The notes under the pieces were generated by a model that was given only the letters and a program-made list of their open reading frames with translations, made no database searches and was not told the DNA's origin. 64,000 nt of DNA, taken from positions 1 to 64,000 of the forward strand of contig NIVC01000725.1 of the NCBI GenBank assembly GCA_002269645.1, read 5' to 3'. The position numbers and the translations under genes are program-made. Source of the DNA: Macrostomum lignano. Lineage: Eukaryota. Below are positions 56,501 to 64,000 of the stretch, piece after piece (within the stretch, counting starts at the first letter, position 1; each line of letters opens with the position of its first letter).

Positions 56501-58300
56501 AATGATGGATTGCTAGTCAGCCTATGAGCGAGGGAATAATGGATTGCTAGTCTAGCCTATGAGCGAGGGAATAATGGATTGCTAGTCTAGCCTATGAGCG
56601 AAGGATGATGGATTGCTAGTCTAGCCTATGAGCGAGGGAATAATGGATTGCTACTCTAGCCTATGAGCGAGGGAATGATGGATTGCTAGTCTAGCCTATG
56701 AGCGAGGGAATAATGGATTGCTAGTCTAGCCTATGAGCGAGGGAATAATGGATTGCTACTCTAGCCTATGAGCGAAGGAATGATGGATTGCTAGTCTAGC
56801 CTATGAGCGAGGGAATAATGGATTGCTAGTCTAGCCTATGAGCGAGGGAATGATGGATTGCTAGTCTAGCCTATGAGCGAGGGAATAATGGATTGCTAGT
56901 CTAGCCTATGAGCGAGGGAATAATGGATTGCTAGTCTAGCCTATCAGCGAGGGAATAATGGATTGCTAGTCTAGCCTATGAGCGAGGGAATGATGGATTG
57001 CTAGTCTAGCCTATGAGCGAAGGAATGATGGATTGCTAGTCTAGCCTATGAGCGAGGGAATAATGGATTGCTAGTCTAGCCTATGAGCGAGGGAATAATG
57101 GATTGCTAGTCTAGCCTATGAGCGAGGGAATAATGGATTGCTAGTCTAGCCTATGAGCGAGGGAATAATGGATTGCTAGTCTAGCCTATGAGCGAGGGAA
57201 TAATGGATTGCTAGTCTAGCCTATGAGCGAGGGAATAATGGATTGCTAGTCTAGCCTATGAGCGAGGGAATAATGGATTGCTAGTCTAGCCTATGAGCGA
57301 AGGATGATGGATTGCTAGTCTAGCCTATGAGCGAGGGAATAATGGATTGCTAGTCTAGCCTATGAGCGAGGGAATGATGGATTGCTAGTCTAGCCTATGA
57401 GCGAGGGAATAATGGATTGCTAGTCTAGCCTATGAGCGAGGGAATAATGGATTGCTACTCTAGCCTATGAGCGAAGGAATGATGGATTGCTAGTCTAGCC
57501 TATGAGCGAGGGAATAATGGATTGCTAGTCTAGCCTATGAGCGAGGGAATGATGGATTGCTAGTCTAGCCTATGAGCGAGGGAATAATGGATTGCTAGTC
57601 TAGCCTATGAGCGAGGGAATAATGGATTGCTAGTCTAGCCTATGAGCGAGGGAATAATGGATTGCTAGTCTAGCCTATGAGCGAGGGAATAATGGATTGC
57701 TAGTCTAGCCTATGAGCGAGGGAATAATGGATTGCTAGTCTAGCCTATGAGCGAAGGAATAATGGATTGCTAGTCTAGCCTATGAGCGAAGGAATAATGG
57801 ATTGCTAGTCTAGCCTATGAGCGAAGGAATGATGGATTGCTAGTCTAGCCTATGAGCGAGGGAATAATGGATTGCTAGTCTAGCCTATGAGCGAGGGAAT
57901 GATGGATTGCTACTCTAGCCTATGAGCGAAGGAATGATGGATTGCTAGTCTAGCCTATGAGCGAGGGAATAATGGATTGCTAGTCTAGCCTATGAGCGAG
58001 GGAATAATGGATTGCTAGTCTAGCCTATGAGCGAGGGAATAATGGATTGCTAGTCTAGCCTATGAGCGAAGGAATGATGGATTGCTAGTCTAGCCTATGA
58101 GCGAAGGAATAATGGATTGCTAGTCTAGCCTATGAGCGAGGGAATAATGGATTGCTAGTCTAGCCTATGAGCGAGGGAATAATGGATTGCTAGTCTAGCC
58201 TATGAGCGAGGGAATAATGGATTGCTAGTCTAGCCTATGAGCGAGGGAATAATGGATTGCTAGTCTAGCCTATGAGCGAGGGAATAATGGATTGCTATAT
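50526..58300 (+). repeat. Satellite, 35-bp unit GGATTGCTAGTCTAGCCTATGAGCGA(G/A)GGAAT(A/G)AT, ~220 copies, with a ~2.83 kb higher-order duplication
   Basis: Seen directly. Rare variants recur 2831-2832 bp apart. Confidence 0.98.
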
Positions 58301-59710
58301 GAGCGAGTGGATTGCCAGCTAGTTTAGCCTAAATAAAAAATGCCTTTTACTACTCATCTGGCATGCCTAATGTTACACTAAAATTACTGTATTAAATTGC
58401 ACGAATCATCGCCAAAAACAGAGCATTGTTGTCCTTTTTTTCATTAAACTCGCAAATTTTTGTAATGATCCGGTCCCCATGATCCAAATATGTTCAAAAC
58501 GAACGCAAAACAAATTTTAATTTGTTTAAATTGTTTATCTGCAATCGATCCGGTCGCCAAACATTGGCACTCAATGGCGCACCGAAGCTTTGCCAACCGA
58601 ATTACCTCAAATTGTAAACTAGCTACTTTAAGTAGAGAATATCGCATCCAGCTGTTTGATGAAACCTAATAAAAAGATGTGTGAGTAAATGCTGTCGATC
58701 GTTCTTACATGTACGTATTAGAAATCAATTTTTAAAAAACCTGCCTGTTTTAATTTACCATTTATAATTTTAATTTTCATTTGTAATGCAGTTTCAAATA
58801 CATAAATATAACTGCAATTATTACTTAACAATTTGGTTAATTAAATAAAACTGCGTTGGCAACGCAAATTCTGGCAATACATTTTTTTACTTAATCGGAC
58901 TCGTCGCGAAAAAAAATTGCACTAGAATTATTTAGCTTTCGTTTTTTTTTTAAATTATTTTTGTTTAAATGGCTTGCCACGTATTATCAGTAGACTATAG
59001 TTAATTAATATAAAGCTGTAAGAAATATATTTTTTATAAAGAAATAGGCTATAGGATAATTAGGTAGTTTGGTAATTATCAATTGATAAAGAGCCGTTGT
59101 AACAATTGCATGAAAAATGTCCCCCTAATGCTCATTTTTCGATTGATTAATAAAATAAGTAAATATTGTGCTTTCTATTTGTTTCATTAGTATACTAAAT
59201 TTCAGTTAGTCAGGAGTCTCCGGACAAAAGCAGAAATGATTGTAAATTTTTTATTATAATTTATTTTTAACAATTAGCAGAAAGGCAAAGTCTCCAATCT
59301 AGCTATGCTACTGCAAGCAGTGCAACACACATTTACAATACGCGTATATATATATTTAAAAGCGAAAAATCAGACATCGCTTACTTGGCAAATGTTACAT
59401 GGAGAATGAGCTCTATTTTGTAAACAGAAAATCACAGCAGCAAAAAATGTTTTTTATGCACCCGTTGTTATTAGCTACAGATAGCCAGCTAATTCAGTGC
59501 CGCATAGATTGTGCAACTATATTGCATGTAGCTAACGCAAAATTAACTTTTTAACTTTTTTGAAGTCATTCGATAATAGTGGGTTGGTCATTGAACACAA
59601 GGGCCGAACATCTCGGGGGAACATCCCGAATGTCCACGCGGCAAGTTTCGACAAAAACAAATCTGATTAAAATTGTGCAGCAATGTATAAAAAAACATTG
59701 TTCCACTTAA

Positions 59711-64000
<4,290 letters not shown>

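Noticed and set aside
50526-58300. CRISPR-like regular 35-bp array (also the 62-bp and 94-bp arrays)
   Set aside because: The units are contiguous with no unique spacers, there are no cas genes and the context is eukaryotic. These are satellites.

Overview
Eukaryotic (metazoan) genomic DNA: AT-rich intergenic sequence, GC-rich spliced exons and a very high load of micro- and minisatellites. The style is consistent with a free-living flatworm such as Macrostomum, but this is inference only. Six spliced genes could be reconstructed by hand with GT-AG junctions and matching phases. (1) CCDC81-like (minus, starts 5258, probably runs off the left edge). (2) An unannotated two-exon secreted prohormone-like gene (18038-18672, plus): a signal peptide followed by 12 KR-flanked copies of ILRD(P/L)MID. 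This is the best novelty candidate. (3) An AGPAT3/4-type acyltransferase (minus). (4) The channel-encoding 3' part of a divergent PKD1-like polycystin (minus). (5) A kinase-less doublecortin gene (plus). (6) The 3' zinc-finger exons of ovo (minus). Mobile DNA includes a full-length 5.8 kb LOA/Lian-like LINE with a 13-bp target-site duplication and two apparent -1 frameshifts, a truncated RTE-like LINE, a decayed CACTA/EnSpm-like transposase, a tRNA-derived SINE-like head and several MITE-like inverted repeats. Many introns carry their own minisatellite. A 7.8 kb 35-bp satellite with a 2.83 kb higher-order duplication starts just after the doublecortin stop codon. There is no CRISPR array, rRNA or intact tRNA. 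All family assignments come from recalled motifs, not database searches.
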